Assembly: GCA_002269645.1 (NCBI GenBank)
Contig: NIVC01000459.1
Span: forward strand, 248,001 to 312,000
Length of the DNA stretch: 64,000 nucleotides
From: Macrostomum lignano
Lineage: Eukaryota
Reading direction: 5' to 3'
Shown: in pieces, positions 41,786-55,481 of the stretch
Position numbering within the stretch: the first letter of the stretch is position 1
Layout: every line of letters starts with the position of its first letter
Made by a program: the position numbers and the translations under genes
Notes under the pieces: model-generated
The model's input: only the letters and a program-made list of their open reading frames with translations
Database searches by the model: none
What the model was told of the DNA's origin: nothing

Positions 41786-42196
41786 TCAACCGGAAGCCTT
41801 GACCTTCTCTTTAATAGCGGCCTCATCAACTTCGGACATATCGTTGGCCTGAATTTCCACTACGCCTTTCAGCTCCTTTTTAATAGCATCCTTGGACGAG
41901 GCGTACAGCATCTTGTCGCGAATCCTGGCGCTGTCCGGAGCCCAGTGGATAAACAGCAGCTTCTCCCGCTTGGCGCCATCGTCCAAGGTGTATTTGTAGT
42001 CGTACACAACGTAGCGACACTCATTCGGCGGCAGAGTACCAATGAACTCTTCGTATGTGGAGTTCTCAGCCACTCGTTCGGTTTTGATTTGCGATTCGCC
42101 TTCGATTTTGAACACCATGTAGGCGTACTTGTGGCCCAGCTTAATGGCATTGAAGTCGTCCTTGAGACTGGCATCGACAGTTACACCGGAGGCCAT
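41786..42196 (-). CDS. CFL: ADF/cofilin actin-depolymerising factor, 136 aa, uninterrupted CDS
   Basis: MASGVTV N-terminus with the regulatory Ser3, ECRYVVYDY, and FIHWAPDSARIRDKMLYASSKDAIKKEL, the hallmark ADF-H motifs. Confidence 0.96.
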   Translation of the reverse strand: MASGVTVDASLKDDFNAIKLGHKYAYMVFKIEGESQIKTERVAENSTYEEFIGTLPPNECRYVVYDYKYTLDDGAKREKLLFIHWAPDSARIRDKMLYASSKDAIKKELKGVVEIQANDMSEVDEAAIKEKVKASG

Positions 42197-44147
42197 GACT
42201 TTTAAACTGAAAATGAGGAAACAATTAAACAGAATCTAGATCATTGCTGTGGGCAAAATGAGAGAGGAAGAGGGAATAGAGGAGAGAGAAGAGAGAAGAG
42301 ATGCGAGATGAAAAAGAAAATAAGAGAGGAGGCAAGGAGGAGAGGAGAGATAAAGGGAGAGAGGAGAGAACTGAAGAGAGATGAGAATATAAAAACCCTA
42401 AGCAGACCAGATTGCTATTGTGAAGTTTTAAATGACCCAAGTGCCAAATATAGAGGCTTTGTGGGGTGCATGTAACAGGGGTGTAAAGAGGGGGGACGTT
42501 GGGAGAGATGTAACCCTAAAACAGCCTAAAAGTCTTTTTTCTCCCTAGGTGTCTCTATAGTCAAGAACATAGCTTTTTTCATTAAAAATTCATGGCAAAT
42601 TCAAGCTAGGGCAGAGCCAAGTAAAGTAAGGCAAGGCAGGGTGTGGCAAGGTACAATATAGGTTAGGGCAAGGTAAAGCAAAGATAGGACAAGGACAAAT
42701 AAGGCTAGGTTAAGGCCATACTCTAGAAGGTTTCCAGTTCATTTGTCTGCTGACAGTTTATCTTCTAAGTAGAAAAAAAGCCCTTTTCTTCTAAAACTAT
42801 TCATTTGCTAGGAAATAGGGGTAGGAAAGGGAGTTGGGTGGATGGGGAATGGGGTAAAAAGCTGCTTAACAATGTCTTTGCTAATATTTTTAAAATGCTG
42901 TGGGTTCTAATATTTTAACAAACAATTTCAGAATATATATATATATAACATCTATAGAAAGAGTGATAAGTTTGATTAGAAAACAGTGGAGCTAAAACTG
43001 TTAAACATTTTTTAGAGATAAAAACAACAAATTGTTTTTCTGATTCAACAATTCTCAAATGCAAGACATGAGTCATTTCAATTCTAGAGTTGCTATATAA
43101 CATATTTTGCTTCTCTTCAAAATTGTTTTTCCTAATGGTATATCTATAACCTAATGTAGATTGTCATATTCAGAGACCAACCCTTGCAATACTAACAATA
43201 TCAACAGAGTTTGCTAGGCAGTTCCCATCTCACTCCATATTCCCACCTTCATTTCCTAGCAGATGAATGGTTTTAGAAAGAGAAAATTTTCCTCTACTCA
43301 GTAGACAAACTATTGGCAAACAAAATGATTAGCACCCCTCTAGAAAAAATCCCTTTGACAAGCTCAGTATTATATAATAATTGTTTTTCCTTCAATAATC
43401 ATTATTGTACACATTTAACAAATAACAATATTAGCTTTGATAGAATAATATAAATAGGCCTACTAGATAGTGCATGACCAAGATGGCCATAACTCTAAAT
43501 GTCTAAATAGATAACAACAAGCCTAGTTCTATATATTTAATTTATTTCCCATTGGCAGTAAGTAGTATTGGCAGTTATTGTTATGGTGACCATATATATA
43601 GCAAAATGTTTTTTTATAGTCAATGCATAAAATACTGTTTGGACTTGAGATTTTTACTTAATGTAACCATATAGTGAAACTATTATTTTTATGGTTACTG
43701 TACGCAAGAAGCAAAATGGCTATTTTTATAGTCAGGGAAGAAAGTTCAATTACATTAATAGTTAAAATTAACAATTATGTGAGTAAGCTTTAAGCTAGAA
43801 AAAGTTATCTCATTTTTTTATAATCACCAAAACAATAACAATTGCCATTAGTATTAGGTGTAGATCTTAGATCTTAAAGTCTTAGAGAGATAGATGCTAT
43901 AAATTTGTATAAAATTATACCTGTATTTAGTATATTATATTGTATTATAATCATTCTATTTGGCTTTGGCTTTAGCTTTTATTTTAACTTAACTCATAGT
44001 CACAGATACCTATCCACAAAAAAGCAAATAGCCTAGCATAAAAATAAGTGATTTGTTGCATATTTATCCCATTCTTTTGCATAGCATTACCTCTAACAAT
44101 GGGAGTGCTACCGAATTTGTTACCTTACTAAGCACTATTGACAAATT

Positions 44148-44375
44148 CAGTGGCATAGCCAGGGGGGCTGCAGCCCCCCCTCCATCTGCCTAGGAAAGGG
44201 GGTTAGGGTTGGGCATGGCGAGTACCAAAAACCATGAGGCAATTGAGTGCCTACGACACTAAAATGAATACCTGTGGCACCAAAATGAGTGCCTGCAATG
44301 CCAAAATGAGTGCCTGCAATGCAAAAAATAAGTGCCTACGGCGCTAAAATGAGTGCCTGTGGCACCAAAAGTGGC
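44148..44375 (+). mobile_element. Truncated hAT-type MITE, related to the element at 55781-56244
   Basis: Begins CAGTGGCATAGCCAGGGGGG and carries degenerate copies of the AAAATGAGTGCCTGC 21-bp unit. No matching right TIR seen. Confidence 0.5.
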
Positions 44376-46789
44376 AATAGCATAATGGTTTTTATTTGAT
44401 ATTATTTCTTATAAGCTATTTATAACACTAGCAGATTTTAAACCAATGAAATTCCAATATTAAATTAAATATTGAATTCTAATATAAAATTAAATATTGA
44501 ATTCCAATTACCTTCAAGTCATATTAAAGTATTTGGCAATATTTTGCTCATTGAATTATAGAAATTTATATTATTAAGTTAGGAAACCACTTTCATCTTT
44601 AGGAAAGTCTATCTTATTGTTGACAAATTTGATTTCTTCCAATTTCCTAAACTTTGGGTCTGCTGACAAATTAGATATTGGGCTCATTCCATATAAGCAT
44701 GGTCGTAACATGACAGGTTATTTTTACTTATAAAATGAAATCTAATAATAGAATATACTAAACCAATATTTTAAATGAAAGATTATTTTGTCTAGAATAT
44801 ATTTATAGAGTTTCATATAGATATCATCATTAGTATAGATGCTATTAAACCTTAAATGACACTTATGGTCATAACGACAGGATTTTTGACATATAGAAAC
44901 TAAAAGGTAAAAGTCTTATAACATTTTTCATTTTTGATATTTTGCAATACATTTTTAAAATTTGACTAAGAACATCTTTAGAAATCATACTCTTTTATTA
45001 GAATATATAAACTCAAAAGGCAACAAAGATACAAAAGAAAAGGCAGCCTTATGGTCGTAACATTATGGTCGTAACATATTTTTTTCTGTCAATTCAGTAA
45101 CTTTGAGGTACTAATACATTAAAAATATAATAGATTATTTGGTCACCAATGCTTTTATCTGATGATGCAAGTACTATACTTTTATCTATAGTTTGTTTCA
45201 ACCTTCAAAAGCTTTCTATTTGTTTTTAAAAGGTACAAAATCTTAATGATGTCTTTTGCTTTGAAAAATGTCCAAATTTTTACAAAAATGACTTTTTGCC
45301 AATTGATAACATACTAATCCAACATTTTACCATTCCTTTATTCTTAGATTGTATATATTGCACAATATAAACATTTGGTAAAAAAATAGGCTAATTAGGC
45401 AATGGCAAGCAAAAATATTGACTTTTTTCTATTTTCCAAATATGTCCATCTTATATGGAATGAGCCATTGGTGAATTTGGTGTAACCCAACAATGGTTTT
45501 TGATAATTGATAATAATACATTTGATAGATGTAATACTAGGCAATAAATTGGCATAAACACTGAAAAAGATTAAAGATTGTGTATAATCTCTATATATAA
45601 AAATCAAAACTCTGTCTATGTGTGTGTCTGTGTATATACAATTTTGATTGTTATGGACTCCGAAACTGCTCAATCAAATGATACCAAACTTTACACCCAC
45701 CCTAAACTTACTACGGAGAATGTCTTATGCTACCTTTTAATTTTCTAGACTCAAGTCTTCCTATCTAAAAGTACAAAAAACTGCTCAAAATGCACATTTT
45801 TCACTAAATCCTCTATAGCACCACTCCACTTTTACCAATCTTCTTCAAATTTGACACAAACAATTTTCAACTATTTTGACACAATTGTGTAATATTTTGA
45901 GTCTTAAAGTTAATCCTGAATAGCACTGTGCACTTTTAAAGTTAAGCTGCTATTTTTAGCGAGACAGCCACCCTAACCTCTGCCTACCTGCCTCTCTTTC
46001 CCAATCTGGGCCCAGATGTGTAAAGGGGTTTCAAAATTGACTAACTTCTGGCTGCCATAAGTTTGCTCCACATAAAGCAATTGACTTTAAACTTGACACA
46101 ATTCTTCATTGACTCATTCTCTGTCTAAATGTAAAGTTACAATTCTGTAACTCATTCAGAAAAGAAACTATAAGCATGTGAAGTTTGTCTGCTTTTTCTA
46201 TTGTTTGTGCCACTCACTCACTCATTCCCCCAGAGCCAGATGAAAGGTCAGGCAATAGGATTGAATATACATAGCAAATGTACAGTGCTTTGGAATAACT
46301 TTATTTATAGCCTTTTCTGCACCCCAAGAGGCTACATTTAGCTATAACAGTTTAGTGAGAAATTCTAACCATTGCCCTCTGTATTGGCAACCTCTGCAGC
46401 AGTTTAATAGTGGATGGCAATTGGCAAATTGAGGGAATCCAGCATGGTTTGTAAAAGCGAAAGATTTATGAAAAGGCGATGCGATGCAATGCAATACAAC
46501 CCAACTAAATTAGGCACATCATGGAAATTTTAGGTTTCTTTTAAAGGTACTATGTAAATTTTAAATGGCCTTCTAAGAAATGTGTATTTCCTTGGTTGTT
46601 AGACTGATGCAGACTGCAGTGGAGCTGAAGATACACAAATTCCTTTCAGGGCTGCAAATTAGCAAGAAAGATGACGTGATCAAAGCATGAGAACAACCAT
46701 GAGAGTACTACGTCCCACAAACTGGCTTTCCAAGCAGGGATGAACAGACTTTTACCTCAAAGGCCAGATAAAGAATCCAGCTCATGGCT

Positions 46790-47600
<811 letters not shown>

Positions 47601-48977
47601 ACAATAGAAATTTTAAAGGATCCAAGGGACATAGGGAGAGTCAGGAAGAGGCCAGGGTTTGCCAATATATGTTTTAAAGTCAAACAAACATTGCCTGACA
47701 TTCTGCATAGTATCCTAGCCAACAATATAAATGTTTGCCTCAAATCCTAATTTTACACGAATGTGTCTATTTTATGTCTACCTTTATCCTACTAACTATT
47801 AACAAGTAATTCTATATAGCTTTAGATTTTAGAATACATGCAAAAGTATTTCTGGGGATTGGAATTACCTGGGTTCAAAATCCACAGGTTTCAATAGCTT
47901 GTTAATTAAACATAAAAATTAATATAATGATAGTTATTAAGTTGCTAATTAATGGTAGAGAGAGAATAAGGCCTAGATATAATAAAGATTCAATGTTGTG
48001 ACTATCTTGGTCTTAGGCCTATACAATATATTTACTAGAATATTTGCCCAAACTTAAAATTTTACATGTCTAGTACAACTTAGTTTTGTCCAGATTTGAA
48101 ACTTAGTTCCTCTTGATTATGACTTAGTTCCTCCCAATTGCAACTTAGTTCCCCCCATTGCAACTTAATTTTCACTTTGTAAATGACAGGCCCTATTTCT
48201 TGCCTTTTTCTTTTTTTTTCTTTTTTTCTCTCTTCTTTCCCCTCTCTCTCTATTCCCTTTTTTCTTTTCTTTTTCTCTTCCCACTTCCTTTTCTTTCTTC
48301 TCCAAATTTTCCATTTTTTGCATTTTACCTAGGCTGGCTGGTGGCCATTTCACCTGTCCGGTTTGGATGGGTCAGACAGGTATTATGCATGTATGATATA
48401 TGCCTAGGCCCTACTAGATGCTAATTAGACTTAATATCAAGTCTCAAATTTAGTCAATAAAATCTTGATTATCTCAAAAGCATAGTCTCGAAAATCTTCA
48501 AAATGTGATATCGTCCAACCCCTACTAACAAATTTAATTAAGAGAGTAGACCTACCTAGGAATCACAAAGAAATTTTGCTGGCAAAGCCCAACTCAAGCA
48601 AAGGATACCATATGTCCATAGTCTTCTATACTCTTGGACTCTAATAAGAAAGTGTGTTCATGCAATAGTGATGCACAGACACATCCAGCATCCTGACTTT
48701 AGCTAGAATTCGAATTGTATCCTTAAATGGGAACTCGGATGCGCATTCGCATCGCACCCACTTTCTGGTAAATCTGGACCGGTATATAAGAATTTCTTGG
48801 CAATATCAACATTTTAAAGCTTGACCAAGTCTATAATGGTGAAAACAAATATTTACAAAACACAAAAATTAGTGGTTACATTTATAGAAAACATGGGTAT
48901 GGTAAAAGTAAGTCATTTAAATTTTAAGATTTATTTGTGACCGTGACTCAGGTCGGCGCCGATCTTGGATCAGTCAG

Positions 48978-51900
48978 ACGTATTCATTTCCCGATTGACA
49001 TTCAGATTCACATTCAAATTTTAACAAAGCCGCTGTAACTTTTCTTTACTTAAACGAAACGCTTTAAAATTTTACTAAAACTGTGACCCAATCAAGAAAA
49101 AAAACTACGTAAAATATCTCGGCATTTAAAAATAGACTGTACAAATTATTCACATATAAAGTTTGTTCCTATCTCCTTAGTGTATTATTATGCAACTCAA
49201 CAAAACGGCTTAAAATACACGCAGAGCTACGAAACTTTATTTTTCTCTTGACGCATGCGAGATGCGTTGGCAAGTCAAAAATCAGCACCCTAGCTTAAAG
49301 CCTGTACGAGTTATTCACCTGCAAACTGTGTTCCTATCTCTCTGTAGTGTATTTTGGGGGTCCAGCTTGACATTCGCTGACAGACACTTCTACTCAACGC
49401 AGAGCTACGAAACTTTATTTTTCTCTTGACGCATGCGAGATGCGTTGGCAAGTCAAAAATCAGCACCCTAGCTTAAAGCCTGTACGAGTTATTCACCTGC
49501 AAACTGTGTTCCTATCTCCGTAGTGTATTTTGGGGGTCCAGCTTGACATTCGCTGACAGACACTTCTACTCAACGCAGAGCTACGAAACTTTATTTTTCT
49601 CTTGACGCATGCGAGATGCGTTGGCAAGTCAAAAATCAGCACCCTAGCTTAAAGCCTGTACGAGTTATTCACCTGCAAACTGTGTTCCTATCTCTCTGTA
49701 GTGTATATTTTGGGGGTCCAGCTTGACATTCGCTGACAGACACTTCTACTCAACGCAGAGCTACGAAACTTTATTTTTCTCTTGACGCATGCGAGATGCG
49801 TTGGCAAGTCAAAAATCAGCACCCTAGCTTAAAGCCTGTACGAGTTATTCACCTGCAAACTGTGTTCCTATCTCTCTGTAGTGTATTTTGGGGGTCCAGC
49901 TTGACATTCGCTGACAGACACTTCTACTCAACGCAGAGCTACGAAACTTTATTTTTCTCTTGACGCATGCGAGATGCGTTGGCAAGTCAAAAATCAGCAC
50001 CCTAGCTTAAAGCCTGTACGAGTTATTCACCTGCAAACTGTGTTCCTATCTCCGTAGTGTATTTTGGGGGTCCAGCTTGACATTCGCTGACAGACACTTC
50101 TACTCAACGCAGAGCTACGAAACTTTATTTTTCTCTTGACGCATGCGAGATGCGTTGGCAAGTCAAAAATCAGCACCCTAGCTTAAAGCCTGTACGAGTT
50201 ATTCACCTGCAAACTGTGTTCCTATCTCTCTGTAGTGTATTTTGGGGGTCCAGCTTGACATTCGCTGACAGACACTTCTACTCAACGCAGAGCTACGAAA
50301 CTTTATTTTTCTCTTGACGCATGCGAGATGCGTTGGCAAGTCAAAAATCAGCACCCTAGCTTAAAGCCTGTACGAGTTATTCTAGTATTAGAGACTGTAC
50401 GAGATTACAGTATTTACGCTTTCCGCCTCTGTAGTCTGGACAGTGACTATAAGATTCAGGGAATCCAATGTGCGATCGGTTGTATTTGGCAATACAGTTG
50501 TCGATAATGACATCTAGCCGACTCGACAGAAAAGCGGAAAAGCGTAGCCAGCCTACTGGTATTTGACTGAATAGCAGTCAGTTTTCCGTGAAAGGGGCGA
50601 TCCTCAGCCGATACTGGATTCTTTGAGCCTTAGGTTCACATGAAATCCCTATTTTCCCCATTTATCCCATTCAGGGAGACCAAATGATAGAGAGATCGGT
50701 TTTCAACGATTCTTCTCTCATTGTCGGTCCAGTAGAGAGATCCGATAGAGAAACCAGCTCAATCGGCCACCACTTCCATTTCAGAGTCTTAAGTTCACAT
50801 GAAATCCCCATTTTCCCCATTTATCCCATGCGGAAGCGGCTGGAGTGGAAGAAAGATCAATTACACTTTTCTTGTCTATTTTGGGTCTGAATAGTGAGAA
50901 TTTCGCAGCGGTTTGGTTGCTGGACTCACGGCATCCAAATCGCGCTTAAGTTCACATCCTCTTTGACATCGCATTACCACTTCTCACATTCTCTGGCTGG
51001 TGCAGAGCTATATAATTATCAGCTACAATTTGCTGAGTTGCCGTAATGTCTGGTTGACGAACTGCCGGTTGACGAAATGCTGGTTGACAAAATGCCCGGT
51101 CACCTCTTCATCATTCACAGAAAGAGGATCCACTGTTTAAAAAGTCTTCTGCATGGCTGCATGGTGTAGCAGACTCCCAATGAGTCCCGTTTTCGACTTC
51201 CGGGCTACACCAGATGGCTCAAACAACTCCCGATCATGAGGACCCCACTAAAGCAGCGTAAAAATGATGCGATGCGTGCTCATTAAGGGATGTGTGGCAG
51301 GGGGTCCGTACAGAAATTATTTTTAAGGCTCAGGTGGGTGACCCAGCTATGACCAGAGCCGAATTTGTGAACTTTCTATCCCGTCATATGTTTCCCATTA
51401 GATGAATTCCCTGAATCTTAGTAACTGTCCAGACTACAGAGGCGGAAAGCGTAAATACTGTAATCTAGTACAGTCTCTAATACTGGAATAACTCATGCAG
51501 GCTTTAAGCTAGGGTGCTGATTTTTGACTTGCCAACGCATCTCGCGTGCGTCAAGAGAAAAATAAAGTTTCGTAGCTCTGCGTTGAGTAGAAGTGTCTGT
51601 CAGCGAATGTCAAGCTGGACCCCCAAAATACACTACAGAGAGATAGGAACACAGTTTGCAGGTGAATAACTCGTACAGGCTTTAAGCTAGGGTGCTGATT
51701 TTTGACTTGCCAACGCATCTCGCATGCGTCAAGAGAAAAATAAAGTTTCGTAGCTCTGCGTTGAGTAGAAGTGTCTGTCAGCGAATGTCAAGCTGGACCC
51801 CCAAAATACACTACAGAGAGATAGGAACACAGTTTGCAGGTGAATAACTCGTACAGGCTTTAAGCTAGGGTGCTGATTTTTGACTTGCCAACGCATCTCG

Positions 51901-52892
51901 CATGCGTCAAGAGAAAAATAAAGTTTCGTAGCTCTGCGTTGAGTAGAAGTGTCTGTCAGCGAATGTCAAGCTGGACCCCCAAAATACACTACAGAGAGAT
52001 AGGAACACAGTTTGCAGGTGAATAACTCGTACAGGCTTTAAGCTAGGGTGCTGATTTTTGACTTGCCAACGCATCTCGCATGCGTCAAGAGAAAAATAAA
52101 GTTTCGTAGCTCTGCGTTGAGTAGAAGTGTCTGTCAGCGAATGTCAAGCTGGACCCCCAAAATACACTACAGAGAGATAGGAACACAGTTTGCAGGTGAA
52201 TAACTCGTACAGGCTTTAAGCTAGGGTGCTGATTTTTGACTTGCCAACGCATCTCGCATGCGTCAAGAGAAAAATAAAGTTTCGTAGCTCTGCGTTGAGT
52301 AGAAGTGTCTGTCAGCGAATGTCAAGCTGGACCCCCAAAATACACTACAGAGAGATAGGAACACAGTTTGCAGGTGAATAACTCGTACAGGCTTTAAGCT
52401 AGGGTGCTGATTTTTGACTTGCCAACGCATCTCGCATGCGTCAAGAGAAAAATAAAGTTTCGTAGCTCTGCGTTGAGTAGAAGTGTCTGTCAGCGAATGT
52501 CAAGCTGGACCCCCAAAATACACTACAGAGAGATAGGAACACAGTTTGCAGGTGAATAACTCGTACAGGCTTTAAGCTAGGGTGCTGATTTTTGACTTGC
52601 CAACGCATCTCGCATGCATCAAGAGAAAAATAAAGTTTCGTAGCTCTGCGTGTATTTTAAGCCGTTTTGTTGAGTTGCATAATAATACACTAAGGAGATA
52701 GGAACAAACTTTATATGTGAATAATTTGTACAGTCTATTTTTAAATGCCGAGATATTTTACGTAGTTTTTTTTCTTGATTGCGTCACAGTTTTAGTAAAA
52801 TTTTAAAGCGTTTCGTTTAAGTAAAGAAAAGTTACAGCGGCTTTGTTAAAATTTGAATGTGAATCTGAATGTCAATCGGGAAATGAATACGT
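48978..52892. mobile_element. Non-autonomous foldback (MULE/FB-like) transposon, 3915 bp, ~1.49-kb TIRs built from 176-180-bp tandem units
   Basis: Arms 48978-50464 and 51406-52892 are reverse complements. A perfect 9-bp TSD ATCAGTCAG flanks it (48969-48977, 52893-52901). No transposase ORF. Confidence 0.9.
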
Positions 52893-53083
52893 ATCAGTCA
52901 GTCAGTCTCAAAATATTAAACAAAGATCAAAGTAAAACAAAACTAAAATTGTATTGATATTAAAGATAGAGGCTTTTTAAAAATACATAAAAAACTAGGA
53001 ATTTTTACATATCGATGTCTAAGAGAGAAGTTTTAATAATTAAAAATCTAAATATTGTCTTATATTGAGGATATGCAACGTGC

Positions 53084-54417
53084 CGACTTAAGTCGACTTA
53101 AGTAGAAGGACGGAAAACCTCGTTTCTTAGAAAGTTTTAGAAGGCAGGTTTTCCGGTCCATGAGAATTTCCCGCAGACAAATTGCCCGCCGAGATTTGCC
53201 CGCAGGAGATTTGCCAGTGGAGATTTGCCCGCCGAGCTTTTCCCGCGGAGATTTGCCCGCAGTGCATTTTGCCCGTGAGCGAATTGCCCGTGGAGATTTG
53301 CCCGCCGAGATTTGCCCGCAGTGCAATTTGCCCGCGAGCGAGTTGCCCGCCGAGTTTTTTCCCGCCGAGGTTTGCCCGCAATGCTTTTTTCCTGCAGCGC
53401 ATTTAGCCACGCGGCAGATTTTGTCTGCATTGCCTTCCCAATGCTTAGTAAATCTCAATAAAGAGATTTACATGATCAAAACGTTTTGATAGTAACTGCA
53501 TATCAAATGCATATTTTTTTTGGGGGGGGGCAATGCAGACAGAATCTAGCTGCCAAATGCGCTGCGGGAAAAAAGTATTGCGGGCAAACCTCGGCGGGAA
53601 AAAACTCGGCGGGCAACTCGCTCGCGGGCAAATTGCACTGCGGGCAAATCTCCGCGGGAAAAGCTCGGCGGGCAAATCTCCACGGGCAAATCTCCTGCCG
53701 GCAAATCTCGGCGGGCAATTCGTCTGCGGGCATTTCTCGTGCTCCCAGGTTTTCCCGAAAAAATACACTACCGAAAAAGGAAGTTTTCATTTTTTTAGTA
53801 CAAAAATTGTTATTGCTTTTGATAGGAGGCAGATCCAGTGTTCATCTTTTGATATGTTGTGCCTTTCTTATTGCTCTATATCGATCGTAAAGCTTTTCGT
53901 TCAAAAAATTAGTATTCTATGTAAATTTTTATTCAACGTTTTTTGCTGTACCTAAAACTCATAAAAATGCATAGCACAGCTCCATTCTATGGTTTTATGA
54001 ACCTATTTTATCATCTCTGTTACACATTTGTTACACAGTCAGCTAAGAATGATAAAATAGAATCATAAAGCCAAAGAGACGAGCCGGCCGTGCAATTTTA
54101 ATGGTTTTAGGCACAAGACACGTGCAAATGTACGTAGAATAAAAAATTAACATCTAAATATACTAAATCTCTAAGGTTTGTATGCTTAGAATCCTAATTT
54201 TTTGAACGAAAAGCTGTATGAGTATCAGAATATCAATCGAGCAATAAGAAAGGCACAACATATCAAAAGATGAACTGTCTCCTATCAAAAGCAATTAACA
54301 ATTTTTGTTGTAAAAAAATGAAAACTTCCTATCTCCATAGTGTATTTTTTCAGGAAAACCTGCCTTGTAAAATTTTCTAAGAAACGAGGTTTCCCGTCCT
54401 TCTACTCCAGTCGTCCT
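53084..54417. mobile_element. Non-autonomous TIR element (MULE-like, ~240-bp TIRs) carrying a nested insertion
   Basis: AGTAGAAGGACGG...GCAGGTTTTCC is mirrored at 54352-54406, and the left arm resumes at 53756. Flanking 10-bp direct repeat TGCAACGTGC (53074-53083, 54418-54427). Confidence 0.8.
53155..53745. mobile_element. 591-bp palindromic MULE-like MITE with (GAGATTTGCCCGC)n arms, nested in the previous element
   Basis: GG...CC termini, mirrored ~270-bp arms and a perfect 10-bp TSD CAGGTTTTCC (53145-53154, 53746-53755). Confidence 0.85.
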
Positions 54418-55481
54418 TGCAACGTGCATGCATATTTACCAATTTACCACTTCACACGTCATATCGCATCACATTGTTATCACGGACCACTATAGTACTA
54501 GCAAGGACCACTGTATACAGTGGTCTTTGAGTACACAGGCTTTACGAACATATATAATAGTTAATAAATGCATATTCTACAGGCTTCCAGACAATAAAAA
54601 TTTCCTGGCAAATGGCACAACTGCCCGATCGTAAGGGTCCATCGTGCTTTACATGCATGTACTCGTATTTCCAGATTATTTTTGTGTCTGTCAGTGTCGA
54701 AATCTTAAACAAGGATCAAAGAAAAACAAAAATTAAACTGAATACGATCGAGCTATTATACCAACTAGATAAATCCAGCTTGAGCATATTCAACCGAAAT
54801 TTCGCAGGAGGATCACCAGCAGTCACGGGATGCGGCGTCTCATATAGAGCTCGAGAAGATTCTGGAAAGCGCTGAACTATGCTCTGGATGCCGTGATAAT
54901 CCTAGAAAAAGATTGCATTATACAGTGAAGCTGCTGCTGCTGCGTATGAATTAAGAAGAAAGCAAACTCTAAATTTCTACAAAGTGCGACATGTTCGATT
55001 TGCTTTGAATTTCGTCATCGAGCAGAAGCTCAACAGCCCAGAAAATAGACCTGCACCAGCCATCTGCTTCACTCGTTTCCGAGACAACCTTGCCAAGTAC
55101 CCTAAGTACATGTACATGTATGCAAATAGAAATTCTTTTTTATTTTTGAATGGTGAGCTGATCGACAAGCAAATACCAAGCTCCAATTTCCTACCAGCTG
55201 CTGCACAGCAAGATTGTACTCTGTCATCAAGCCTCCCCCCAGAAATTGCCGGGGAATGGACGCCCAGCGCCTCTCTGTCCGGGATAGTGAAAAAATCCGT
55301 GGCGAACACCACTGCACACAGCTCACACCATCGGCCGTGAGGCCCCTGCAAGTCGCACCGTTGTGCTGAGGATCATCTGTATCCATGGCTTTTGGGATTC
55401 TGAGCTTCTGTGCCCTCAAAATACTTCCCTCAGCTTCGATGCAAAGCTGTATCCGCATACGCCAAGTCTGGAAACAGCTGA

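Noticed and set aside
51240-51320. Hairpin considered as a possible hammerhead ribozyme
   Set aside because: The CUGANGA and GAAA cores are not present in the required arrangement.
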